Part shown: one piece after another, positions 24,740-38,444 of the stretch
Position numbering within the stretch: position 1 is the stretch's first letter
Layout of the letters: every line of letters starts with the position of its first letter
NCBI RefSeq assembly: GCF_006345805.1
Contig: NC_043008.1
Location: 27,590,001-27,654,000, forward strand
Length of the DNA stretch: 64,000 nt
Reading direction: 5' to 3'
From: Octopus sinensis
Taxonomy: Eukaryota
Position numbers and translations under genes: made by a program
The notes under the pieces: generated by a model
Database searches by the model: none
Seen by the model: the letters and a program-made list of their open reading frames with translations, nothing else
Told to the model about the DNA's origin: nothing

Positions 24740-25598
24740 AAAATGTCGCCATTTTATATTTGTTAATTTCGCGCATTGTTTGTTTTTGATTTTATCGGCT
24801 ACGAAGTATAGTAGGATCAGGTGGGCATCGCTTGTGAGAAAAACAGCACCATGAAGTAATTCAGTCTTCCAGAAATTTGGAAGTGACACGCTGTACTGAC
24901 TGGCATACGCGCCGGTATCTCCAGTACACACATTCCAGAGTGTTTGTGTATCCATCTGAGGACAGTGCAAATTGAGAGCATGTACTACTAGTGATACATA
25001 TCAAACATACAGTCAACATCATGGTGTTTGGAGGGATGGCAACGTTATACCTTCATTTGACTTCCTACACAGCTTCACACTCAACACGGAGGCCTATTTC
25101 CAGTGCCTGGAGGAAGTAGTACTGCCCTGGTTCAAGAGGATGGCTGCTGGAAGACCCTTTGTCCGGCAATAGGACTCTCAATCATGCCACAAAAGCAGAA
25201 ATACTCAGTCATAGCTGTCAGACAATTTCTCTGACCACATCGCCCCTAACAACTGGCCACCTAACATCCTAGTCTGCAACCTCGTTCATTATTATGTGTG
25301 GGGCACAATTGATACAGAGACCAACAAAATTCCTTCTAACACAAAAGATGAAATGAAGGCAAGGATTAAATGCAGGATTCTCCAGCTTAAACAAAGTGAC
25401 CACGCAGAAGAGTTGCAGGAGATTCCGAAGTCGTCTGGAGGCCGTGGAAGAGGCCAACGGAGATTTTCTTGAATAAAGTTGCTGTTTTGTAATTCTAGAT
25501 ATTTTAACATAATTTTGATAGATATATCTTCTAAAATGAGATATCAGTGTTATTTTCATTTATACGTAATTGAGACACAGTTTATTCAACGCACCCTA
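24740..25598 (+). mobile_element. Internally deleted Tc1/mariner transposon of maT (DD37D-like) type
   Basis: N-terminal LPEIWK.HAVL.GIRA joined to KHTVNIMVFG..LNTEAYFQCLEEVVLPWFKRMAAGRPFVRQ*DS...WPPN...YYVWG...NTKDEMKARI...CRRFRSRLEAVEEANGDFLE*. Ends caacgcaccc|TA. Confidence 0.85.
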
Positions 25599-25647
25599 TA
25601 TATATATATATATATGTTATATACATACATATATATATATTATATAT

Positions 25648-25703
<56 letters not shown>

Positions 25704-25708
<5 letters not shown>

Positions 25709-27324
25709 TCAATATAGGGTGGCAAAAAAATTTTTGTAGAATTTTTTTGCCACCAGCGGCCTAGTGGGAAAAAATTAAATAGTCATAGACCATTTTTAAG
25801 TTCAACATCACAATCAAGGAACGGCCATAATAGGCCATTCACCCACTAGAAATAACAGCCAAAAGCTTCAACCGCAAAATAACATCAATTCCGTAAACCA
25901 GGAGAAAATTAAAAAACATTTACCCTGTAATTTCTTATACGATGCACCGTTTCATCGACTGTTTAATGGTAAACTAACCTGATTAAATTAAATCAAGCCA
26001 ATCTACCATAGGCCCTTAGAATCATCAGTAAGAAATAGCCAAGTCGGAACAGATATTTTTCACGAGGCATTTCCGTCCCTGCCTCGGCAATATCTGACCT
26101 AAAATTTTCAAATCATCGCACTCGCGCCAAATTTATCGGCAGCAAATAAATATAAGCCGCCGATTCCATTACGGAATTAACCAGAAAATTCATAATTAAT
26201 CAATATAGGGTGGCAAAAAAGATTTTGTAGAATTTTTTTGCCACCAGCGGCCTAGTGGGAAAAAATTAAATAGTCATAGAGCATTTTTAAGTTCAACATC
26301 ACAATCAAGGAACGGCCATAATAGGCCATTCACCCACTACAAATAACAGCCAAAAGCTTTAATTTTTTAATTTAATTTTTTCCCACTAGGCCGCTGGTGG
26401 CAAAAAAATTCTACAAAAAATTTTTTGCCACCCTATATTGATTAATTATGAATTTTCTGGTTAATTCCGTAATGGAATCGGCGGCTTATATTTATTTGCT
26501 GCCGATAAATTTGGCGCGAGTGCGATGATTTGAAAATTTTAGGTCAGATATTGCCGAGGCAGGGACGGAAATGCCTCGTGAAAAATATATGTTCCGACTT
26601 GGCTATTTCTTACTGATGATTTTAAGGGCCTATGGTAGATTGGCTTGATTTAAGTTAATCAGGTTAGTTTACCATTAAACAGTAGATGAAACGGTGCATC
26701 GTATAAGAAATTACAGGGTAAATGTTTTTTAATTTTCTCCTGGTTTACGGAATTGATGTTATTTTGCGGTTGAAGCTTTTGGCTGTTATTTCTAGTGGGT
26801 GAATGGCCTATTATGGCCGTTCCTTGATTGTGATGTTGAACTTAAAAATGGTCTATGACTATTTAATTTTTCCCACTAGGCCGCTGGTGGCAAAAAAATT
26901 CTACAAAAAATTTTTTGCCACCCTATATTGATTAATTATGAATTTTCTGGTTAATTCCGTAATGGAATCGGCGGCTTATATTTATTTGCTGCCGATAAAT
27001 TTGGCGCGAGTGCAATGATTTGAAAATTTTAGGTCAGATATTGCCGAGGCAGGGACGGAAATGCCTCGTGAAAATATCTGTTCCGACTTGGCTATTTCTT
27101 ACTGATGATTCTAAGGGCCTATGGTAGATTGGCTTGATTTAATTTAATCAGGTTAGTTTACCATTAAACAGTAGATGAAACGGTGCATCGTATAAGAAAT
27201 TACAGGGTAAATGTTTTTTAATTTTCTCCTGGTTTACGGAATTGATGTTATTTTGCGGTTGAAGCTTTTGGCTGTTATTTCTAGTGGGTGAATGGCCTAT
27301 TATGGCCGTTCCTTGATTGTGATG
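25704..27324. repeat. 491-bp unit tandem array with an internal inversion, bounded by (TA)n
   Basis: Forward units start at 25704 and 26195 (second truncated at about 26359). Reverse-orientation units run from 26370 to 27324. Units are nearly identical. Confidence 0.95.
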
Positions 27325-27396
<72 letters not shown>

Positions 27397-27504
27397 ATAT
27401 ATATACATACATACATTCACACATATATATATGTATGCGCGCACGTCTGAGTGAAACTGTGTATATATGTATGTTTGTTTGTGTGCATGCATATGTGCAC
27501 ATAC

Positions 27505-27908
27505 TTTATTCTTTTATTCTTTTGTTTCAGTCATTCGATTGTGTCCATGCTGGAGCACTACCTTGTGGTGTTTTAGTCGAGAAAACCGACCCCAGGACTT
27601 ATTTCTAAGTCCTAATTCTTATTCTATAAATATATATTGCTGAACCGCTAAGTTACGAGGACGAAAACACACCAACACTGGTTGTGAAATGGTAATAGTG
27701 GGACAAACACAAGAACAAAGATACACACACACACACACAGATATAGGACGGGCTTCTTTCAGTTTCCGTCTACCAAATCCACTCACGAGGCTTTGGTTGA
27801 TCCGAGGCTATAGAAGGAGACTCTAGCCCAATATACCACTCAGTGGGACTGAAGCCGCAACTGTGTGGTTGGTAAGCAAGTTTCTTACCACAGAACAACG
27901 CCAGACGC
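27505..27908 (-). mobile_element. Family-2 tRNA-derived SINE
   Basis: Reverse complement of the 10845-11220 family. Confidence 0.85.
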
Positions 27909-30900
27909 ATAAAATAAAGTTTTCTTTCTTTTTTTCCAGAAAAAAATCACATTTCTAATTTGTTACTGCATGTTTCTTCTGTTTCACCATACCAGCTGTC
28001 TACTTTCTCTTTTTTCTCTCTAATTATGAAAAGTAGAATGGTGAACGCTCACGGAACAGTAGGATATACCTTACCCGGTTGTATAACACTTAGATAATTT
28101 TTTATAAAGTTTTAAAATGCATATTTTAGTACATATTTTATTTGTTCCTCGTAGTTCAATTTATTTATCTACAGAGTGCATCTAACAGTTATCATATGAT
28201 TTTGAACATTTACAAAATATTTTAAGCAAACAATTATATAAAAACATGCGATGTATACATACTTTTTCATGTGTTTGTATAGCATTAACATGCATTTGTT
28301 TTATGTTGCAGATACAATTGAAAAATGCGTATAATATAGTGAAATACTATGCAATTATATCTAAAGATTCATTGTCTGGTCGGTCTATAACTAATAACTT
28401 GCACAAAATCATGAGTCATATATAAGAAAAATAATGAACCTAAGTATTGCTACAGATTTCTTGGTCAGGTGATCTGTCGCAGCTAGTTACACTACACCAT
28501 GTTTAAGAATATAATACTGTTCAAAATGATCTGACTACTCTTATTGCTATATTATTTGACAACTGAATATTAGGCAGATATCCATTCAGATAAATTTATG
28601 ATGCAAATGGTTGCAGGATTTTAAGAACTGCAATTAATTTAATATTGAAGCTTAGGTACTTATGGAGGAAAATCGATTCCATAGATGGCAAGCTGAAAAT
28701 TTCCGAGATTTAAAGTGCTTTATTCTGCATGAACAATGGTCTTGGAATGTCTTTTTATTAAACGAATGAATTTGGACGAAGTTAGTCGGAAAATCTTTCC
28801 TCACAATTCCATTTTAACTGATGAAGATACATACATACGCGCACAGATATATGTATGCTGATATGGACAAGTTCCTATAGGAGATGATCGCTTACATATA
28901 ACTTGAATTTAAAAGATAATTACCTTCGCACAAGGGTCATTATAAGTCTTGGACTATATTGTCGATTGCTCAAGTCGTAATTTAAGTGTGACTTGCTGAT
29001 GCAACATTTATTCAGACAGGATTAAAAAATATTCCTTATATGAAAGAAGTAATAACCACAGTATGATAATAACATGGCATTCAGAAATACACATACATGC
29101 TATCTTACATGTGTGTATGTACATATGCTGGTCACTCCCAGTTAACGAGCTCCTAGTAGAGCTTCCATGATGTTTGAAGTTCACGCATAGTGTTACTTTG
29201 CGTTATTATTCTTCAGAGGAAACGTGTACAACTGCCTGAGAGCAGCGCTTATTTTCGATTTGAATGTGTAGGCATAGAAAAAAATTAACGAGTTCGGAAA
29301 CGGTAGCTATCAGCTTCCAGCTGGTTGCAATTTCGTAGTTATTCTTTGCAAAAGTGGGTAAGTTCTTCATTAAATGCAAGAATGCCCACGACTCGTGTTT
29401 TATTACTGAATATATGATTGTTCATTGATCCTTCAAATATTCACTTACATCACATAAATTCGCGTGCCATTGATAATTGAAAGTATTCTTACTGAGTCAG
29501 TTCTGCTTCCTATTTGAAATGTATGTAAAGTATCTCTCTTAATCGGTTTCATGAATATTTCACGATAAAGGATATCATTTGAGATTCAACGGTAGATAGC
29601 AGCACATACCGTTAATGTCATTAAGAACATTTTTCAACTCGCGGAAATGAATGCAAAACTAGTATGGAATTTACAAGTAAAATAATGCAGCCTCCAAAAG
29701 TTTTCCTTACACCTGTAATACCTGTTTGGCACTTAGTAAATGCATATAGGGAAAATATCGATATCACACTATCTTAATCAATTATAATACAATTTTCGTC
29801 TCTTAAGATATTGGCTCGCAAAGTGGCAGAAATTACTTAATTTGCTAAAATCTCTTGTGAATCATTTTAATAAGATAGTAAAATTGCATGTCCATGGTGC
29901 ACTTACTACTTGCTGAATGTCAGTTCAAAAGAGTGGTGCATTTATGGAAAACACTTATCGCAGAAAATATAATCGTAAATAGCCAAATATTCACGATATT
30001 TGAATTAATGCCGTTAGTGGAGAGCAGACTGCCGATTACAAACTATAAATTATCTTGAATCGTAGTGCAATTGAAAACAAAAACGATGGAAAAGGTGAGA
30101 CACTTGAACGTACCCCATAAGGAACAAATCTGTGACATAAGTACTCAATCCGGAGAGCGGGGACATATCCAGTTAGAAAAGTTTATCAAATGAAATCACA
30201 TTGACAAATTTCTTACGCCGAATTGGGGAATACTACTTCTCTAGATTGAGCGACTCTCCCACTGATTTTGGCTTTCTCTCTGTTATCTTACGCAACACCA
30301 AATAGATTAATTACGATTTCAGAAGGTTAAAGGGACACGGAGCATTGTTTTAATTTTCTTTTCCTTCTTTTAGTTCCAATTTCGCATCAAAAGTCTCGTT
30401 TTTTTAATTTCATACCATCTCATAAACAGGTGTTCTGATTTTCAAATAGGACCTACAGTATATACCAAACCAAAAGGTTTTCTTGGAGACACAGGGCATG
30501 TTATATGAATCTGCCAAATTATTGTCTGTGTATCGCATGAAACTGTTAGTAGCTTATTTAAAACTTTTGTGTATATTAAATGTTTTTTTTATTTCTCACT
30601 AGCTTGAACACATTTTGTCGATCCTACCAGTAACGAAAAAATTAAACTATGTATGTATAGAAATAAAACAAATTTATGACGTACTCGAGCTATGCCTATG
30701 TGCGTTAAGTTACGTTAAATATGAATGTAGTAAAACATAGTCAACATAGTACTTATTCAAATGATAAAATAATATTTTACACAAATATTTATGGAATAGG
30801 AGTTTTACAAAAATATTTGTACCTACTATATTAAAATAAACTCGCTTTAGCAGACAATCACAGTTGATGTTTAATGGGAGGAAATGTAGGAATATGTCAA

Positions 30901-32657
30901 GACTAAAAGACACACTAAAAGAAAGAATTGATTTAGTAGAGGACGATATTATTCGATAACTTAATAATGACTTTCCAGGAGTGTCACTTAAGACCCTATC
31001 GTCTGCTATTAATGTGAACCTTAACAACAATGTTGGCGATTTCACATTCTATTATGTATTGTCCGGAAAAAAACATCGAATGAAAAATACCTGCCTCAGC
31101 TCCTACAATGAACAACTAAATGAGAATTGAACTGAGTATTGCCTTCTATAGCACAAGAGAGTTAATGTGGGCTTAGTAAAAAAGGGCAGAGAAATTACAC
31201 TTTCAATGTTAACAGCAAAAGCCGACAACACATTGTTGAGGAAATTTACACAAGCAAAAGAATTAGTAGATAAACAAAAGACCTGATTGTAAATATTAGT
31301 CTACTTAATAACCTCAAGTACCATTTAGAAGGCAATGCTTGGATATCTACAAACATTCATACTTGGTATGTTTACAAATATATAGTTTAATAATCGAAAG
31401 GAACACTTGAACAGTGAGTACCTTCTCCAAAATGTAGAAAACAATAAATTAACAGTGCCCAACAGTTACATATTTCCAAGATGTATAAAAATAAAAATTT
31501 AAATATTGCCAACTATGTTATCCGGAGAATGCAATTTCAAGATCGTTTAAGGTGCTTTCGGCTCACAATGGTTTTCATGGTAAATATAAATAAACACAGA
31601 TATTTGCAAATATAGCAGGAAAATAGATACAATAAACATGTGGTGAATATGTTTAATAAATATTTAATGCTTTAAATACATGTAAATGTTTCTGCAGTTG
31701 CTTTAAATGGAATTTTTCTTTCACAAAATCAGTTGTTTATGTTCAAGTAAATCAAAGAGGGAAATAAAAACATCGTTCATGTAAACTACTCTATTTCTAC
31801 ATATAAACTGAAGACAAGCATGAATAATGTAGAGACTGACGTAAGCGAAACTAAGCATGCATATGCCTACATATATATTATACGTTCATACAAATACAGA
31901 AATAAGAAATAGTATATTTTCATGTATATCTGAGACCGAGTGACATAGATCTTTGTCTCAACATCGTATTTTATGTGTGTGACTTATCGTCATGTCCAAT
32001 GCGTTAAGTTCTTCAGCAGGATATTTTATTTCAGCTTACCCTGTCTACTCAACCGGAAATGAGGAGCAGGAGGTTGGTGACATTGCACTCAGTACTTTCT
32101 CCCTCCAGCACATATGTTCTTTGTAGTTTAACACGAAAATGTGTAGGGGATGTGAGGTGGCATTTGCTCTCTCTCATAACTACATTGCTACTGCAAAGTA
32201 ATTGAGGAAAGTACGGCGCAGACTATCAATAAAGTCAATAACTTTCACCCGGGATTGTGAGTGAAATTGTTTTATGCATATACACGGGCTTTAAACATAG
32301 GTACACACACACAGACGTGTGTACGGGGGAGTTGTTTGCCACGTGTGTCATAGTATAGCAACAGGTATATGGGCGTTGCCGAATTATCCCCGCATTCAGT
32401 TGTACGCTATAGAACTTACGAAAGGGGAGTGCTCAGCAGAGATAGGTACAATTGCAATGTTATTGTGAGACCGAATATGCTTGATGCACGTTCGAATTGG
32501 GAAACAACCTACTCACTACGTTTTGTCACGGAGAATATATCTCGCTTCTTTACAAATGGTGTGTATACACCTAAATCAGCTCGCAGCGCGCCATCTACCT
32601 AGACTGAGATGCCAGAATTTCGGAGTAGTTATCTCCTCATCGTTCGAACTGAATTAA

Positions 32658-34330
32658 CCCTTCGCGAGCTGGTGGGTTGGATTACACGAAAATCTTTTTG
32701 GCTCCCAGCGCATCACTTTATTTTTGCGGATTTCCGCAATATCCATAAGCTAATATTTTTAAAATCTTGTATATATGTGTTAGTGCATGATACAGAACAT
32801 GAAATTTAGCACCTTAGAGGTATATATTTGTAATTATTAGCGTTTAATGGAGGGGAATTAAAATATAATTTATTGAATGAAAAATACCTTTATTGAAAGA
32901 AATCAACATTTTTTATAGTTTTATGAACTATACATATAACAAAGTTACTTAGTATATCGATTCACGCCAGTACAAATACGAAGAATATTGATTTATAGTT
33001 CATCAGAACGTGGGGCACAAACATTACAAGCAAAGTTAAAATGGGTATTACAAATAGGTTCAAATAAGTTTTCTTAACTGTGTAAGTTTTCTTTGTTTTC
33101 TTGTCAAGCTTTCTTGGACACTTTTTACAATGTACTTTTCGGATTTTCTTGGGGTTGATACTAGCATGGTCCTATTGTTTCGCTACTCTCAAAGGTTTGC
33201 ATGCACGCCACTTCTTGGTAATTGTGTGCATTCTTACAAGAAATGTCGTTGGATTTGCGGTTTGCAAAGTTGTTCAGACAAGTCTGAATGGAAGTGCCAA
33301 CGCTTTTGGTGTCCTCTATATACATCATGTTTTTTTCAAGATACAAATAGCAGAAATATATGCTGTGACATCACGCATCCAGTAGAAAATAACTAAAGGC
33401 CATATATTTGTTATGCATTTACATGAGTAATCATTACTAATCAGCCTAATGTATCCACACCATATTTAGTTGCATTATAGTCTATTGACATATCCGGTTT
33501 AAAACGGTCATTTTCTTGTATTTTGTTGTTATAATGCACAGTAAGATAGCTACCTTTATTACTTTTAAAACTTAACTGCATATAATAAGATGATGTTCTT
33601 TCCAGGAACCGGACTTTGTTGAAAATGTTGACGAGCCGAGAGTCTTGGAATGATAGAGGTAGTTCACGCTTATTCATTCTGACACTACCTCAGATCTTTA
33701 TATGTTTTGTATGTAGTTCTAATGCAAGACTAACATCAGTAAAAAAAGTTGCCACATGTAATATTTCTACCTGAGTTTAGAATAATTTTGCTGAGATCCC
33801 GAACAACTCTTTTAGCTTGTTGTCGTTTTGGACCTGTCTCTATGCATTTTTAGAAGGTAAGCGTTACTAGCATCAACCATAGACCAAACTTTTATTCCAT
33901 ATCTACTCGGTTTTGATGGTATGTACACTTTGAATGAACATTTTCTTTCGAAGGAAAAAAGAGATTAATTAATAATTACAAAAATGCCAGCTTTTAAATT
34001 TATTTGGCATGACTCAATAAACCTCTGCCAAACTTCATAAACATAATTTATTCGAGCTGCACCTGCAGATATGTCATCAAATTTTATGGATCTTTTCACT
34101 TCTTTGATAAATTGGTGGGCCTTTCTTTATGCTAAATAGTTCATCAACTAGACTAAATGCATCATTGCCCAAAGTAGCTCTGAGATGATGGAGTATCTAT
34201 TCCATTATTTCAATATAATCTACTACTTTCCAATTTTCAGGGTAGAAAACATTTCACTTTTTGATTCGTTGCTTCGGTTATATGTTCCATTATTTCATGC
34301 GGGAGAAAAAAAAACTAAACGTAGCAAACC
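32658..34330 (-). mobile_element. Decayed piggyBac transposon (PGBD4-like transposase) with one intact-looking end
   Basis: TTAA|CCCTT terminus at 32654-32662. Minus strand gives IKFDD, VWQRFIESC, YIPSKPSRYGIKVWSMVDA, RVVRDL...GRNITCGNFF, NKRELP, KPDMSIDYNATKYGVDTL and a degenerate Cys-rich tail (CPRKLDKKT). The 5' boundary is uncertain. Confidence 0.9.
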
Positions 34331-34619
34331 AGTATGGGAAGGTACTGCTACATGAGCACCTCCACCTTCATGAAGCATATTTTGGCGAACATTTGGTCTG
34401 TGTTTAGGAGGTTCAGGAGCCATACACTACATTTATCTTTGCTACATATCAGTACTATAACCGTCACTAAAATATTCATTTCGTTCTTTAACATCATTAT
34501 TTACTATTATATCAGATATGTTACTATCGGAATCACAATATGATGCTAAAACATTGTATGGTGTATCAACAATGGTTCTTTTGCCATTGATTTAGGGATA
34601 GCCATTTGAAATATATGAA

Positions 34620-35900
34620 TTGGTATTCAGATTATCATGAAAAACAACAGAAATCATTTCAGACTATATCTAAAAACAGAACATCTGAAAAAATAGAGTG
34701 ATTATCTGCAAGAAGAACAGAAAAAACATAATTTCATAGAATACTTGAAAAAGAACAGACCAAAATAATTTCACAGAATATCTGAAAAAACAAATTCACA
34801 AATATCAGGAAAAAAGAACATGCAAAAATGATTTCATAGAATATCTGGAAAAAACAAAAAGATAATTTCACAGAATGCCTGAAGAAAGAACACACAAAAA
34901 TAATTTCACAGAATAACTGAAGAAAGAAAAGACAAAAGTATTTTCACGGAATATCTGAAAAACGAACCGAATTTCACAGAATATCTGTTAAAAGAAAAGA
35001 CAAAAATAATTTCAGAGAATATCTGAAGAAAGAAAAAAAATCACAGAATATCTGAAAAAAGAACACAAAAAATAATTGCAAAGAATATCTGAGAAAAGAA
35101 CAGAAAAAATAATTTCAGAGAATATCTAAAAAGATATCGGAAAAAACAAGATTTCACAGAATATCTTGCAAAAAGAACAGACAAAAATAATTTCACAGGA
35201 TATCTGAAACAAGAACAGACAAAATTAATTTCTCGTAATATCTGAAAAAAAAAGAGACTGAAGTAATATCATATAATATCTAAAAAAAAAAATAGAAAGA
35301 AATTTCACAGAATAACCGTAAAATAACGGACCAGAATAATTTCACGCAATATCTGAAAATAGTCAGAAATAAATAATTTCACACGCTATCTGAAAAGGGA
35401 TAAAAAGCAATTTCTAACAATATCTGAAGGAGAATAAGAAAAAACATAATTTCACACGATATCTGAAAGAAGATCAGAAAAATAAGTTTCACACTATATC
35501 TGAAAAAAGGAACAGACCAAAATAATTTCACACAATATCTGACAAAAGAACCGATAAAAATAATTTTACACGATAATTGAAAAAAGAACAGACGAAAATA
35601 TTTTCACAGAATATCTGACAAAAGAAATGACTAAAATGATTTTGCACAATATCTGATAAAAGACCAGAAAAAATAAGTTCACAGAATATCTGAAAAAAGA
35701 ACCGATAAAAATGATTTTACACTATATCTGAGAAAAGGTAAAAAAAAAAAATGAGAAAAGAACAGACCAAAATAATTTCACAGAATATCTCGCAAAATAA
35801 CTGACAAAAATGATTTCTCAGAATATCTGAGAAGTGAACAGAAAAAGTAATTCCACAGAATATCTGACTGATGAAGAACAGACAAAAATAACTTCACCCA
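34620..35900. repeat. Diverged minisatellite of about 35-37 bp, roughly 35 copies (AAAATAATTTCACAGAATATCTGAAAAAAGAACAGAC)
   Basis: The aatttcacagaatatctgaaaa core recurs throughout. Strongly A-rich on the plus strand. Confidence 0.93.
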
Positions 35901-36186
35901 AGGCCAATGTGTTCCAGGTGTGCCCCAATGACCATATTTTATGCTATAACATCCATATGGCTAGAAATCTTTAACTCAAAATGTATGCGTCCGTACATAT
36001 ACTATTGGCAACAAAAGTCATGAGATAATAATCCATTTACAGAAAAAATGTAAAAGTTGTACAACTTTTAAAAGGGATACCACCAGCCCACGAACCGTTA
36101 AGAAATTACTTCTCGTATGCGTTTTCGGTCATCGTACTATGAATAAAGCATAACAGAGTAAAGTTTGCATACATACATACGCACAG

Positions 36187-36248
<62 letters not shown>

Positions 36249-36469
36249 GTTCAAACACTAGATGAAAACGTACATATAAAAAAGCATAATGTGATATACT
36301 TACGCAAAAGCATAATGTGGTACCTCTATCGCAACAGATAGTGTTTGGGCTAGATTTTACTGTTTGCATAAAAAGAAAATAAAACAAAATATATCATCCA
36401 AAAATAGATGTTTTTAAAGAATCAAAAGACATCAACTAGATTATGAGGGAAAGATAACAGTTTACTCAA

Positions 36470-36690
36470 AGTAGCCACTCTCAGCTTCCATAAGGTCTTC
36501 AAGACGGTTGCGGAACCTTGAGCATGCCTCTTTCTCTATGTGTTCCAATGAGATCTCCGAACTCATCCTTGATCTTGGCCATCAGTTCGGACTTCGTGTT
36601 GTAGAGAGAGCCGTTGGTGTCTTTTTCATAGGTTTACAATAATGGGAATTTGGTGACCGGAAATTAGGGCTGGAGAAGTCCGGGAAATTA
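36470..36690 (-). mobile_element. maT-type transposase C-terminal fragment
   Basis: NFPDFSSPNFRSPNS...EKDTN..YNTKSELMAKIKDEF...ACSRFRNRLEDLMEAESGYFE*, homologous to 25230-25473. Confidence 0.8.
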
Positions 36691-37694
36691 TACTTACTTT
36701 CCTGAAGATATCTGACAATATATCGTCTGTTGTATCTATAAAAGTGACAGTTATTGATATTGAAACATATTGTCGGATTGAAACATATGTAGAATTTATT
36801 TTTGATATTTTGGGTTGTTTGGTTGATTCGCTTCCTTTTATATGTGTTCTTATAGGTATATCTTTTAATTTTTGAATAAGCATTACTTTTCCCTTGTAAT
36901 ACAAATAAAATGAACCATGCATCTTTTATATTTTTTCTTTTCCAATGTTTTCTATTGGCTTTTTGATTTACATATACATGTATACGCAGTAGCTGTCGTT
37001 GTAATGTTGTCCTTTTAATGGCACACGCTCGAAGATAAGTATATATATATATATGATGTGGTTTCACATAGAATTCTTACGATATATAACATAATTTAGC
37101 AAATAATTGGTTAATTAACAGGCGTAACATTTATACTGATATTTGAATAGTTCGGCACGATGGTTTTACATGAAGTGTTTTCCCCTCAAATATCTGGGAT
37201 GTACTTCTACAACGATTTATCCAGTGTGAAATGAAAAAATAATTTCAGTCATACCTGTATAGTTCGTATAGTTTTCAAATGTACAACTCAAACATCATTA
37301 TCGTATCTCTCAAGTATAAATGAAATTATGCTGAGATCTATTTCGGCGTATTATAAGCAAATGTCATCTACATAAAGAAATTATAATTTTATTACCTAAT
37401 TAATATCTTACAAAGCCTAAAAGGGCAATATTCTTATTATACCAGTATTATTAAATAATAGCAAAGATTCTATATTTTCCTGTAAAAATATTCTCAGCAA
37501 CATGTTTAGAGGGGCACACATTGATAAGATACTGATCATTTGTGTCATTGAATATTTCTCATATTAAATTATTTATTCACGATGGTGTTACGCATGCACT
37601 ATTGTATCTATGTATGTATTATGTGTATGCATGTACGAACGTATGCCTGTATATACCAACCTGTATACATATCTATGTATATATATATATATGC

Positions 37695-37768
<74 letters not shown>

Positions 37769-38444
37769 ATGTGTAACACACACATACATATAATCTGGTG
37801 TATAAATGTGACCGTAATATTAGAAAAGTTTTCGTAATTCATAATCATCATAAGTTTACGTATTTTTTCTTCTTTATATTTTTCTTCCGTTTCCGTGGAT
37901 AGCGAGTAAGACGTAATCCTAGAAGCCCTACTGAACATGACATATGTCTCACATTGATAACAATAATGTTCAACGAACTTCGCATCACATCGATATGAAA
38001 TGGATTCACAAGATATGCCGACTTGAATATTAATGGCATTGTCTAGAAGATAATGGCATAATAGTGTGTTTACATAATAATAAAAACAAGTTAATAAAAT
38101 TTAATTTAATACATAGACATGCATTTCTTCACAAAGATAAGCATATAAAACACATTCATTTGCATGGACATATATGAACTGCAGCAAAGAAGCACGCACA
38201 TATACGCATCGAGAAGTATGGTGGTGGTGTTGGATTGAAAATTTTATGTTGTTTATTTCCGTTTGTCTAATTTATATATTATACAATTAAACACGGAAAT
38301 ATTACATAAATGAGAATTAATTGAATAGTGTGAAACTGAATACACAGTTGATATACTTCTACGATTTAAGTGATTTGACATAATATGTTTAATACAGTAT
38401 ATCGTTGGAACACAATACAAAACACTGAGTATAATGAGTGCATT

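Noticed and set aside
24551-24766. Gypsy gag-like fragment (FWVVQSQIEAF...ITISDRAT)
   Set aside because: Resemblance is too short, with no supporting neighbouring domains.
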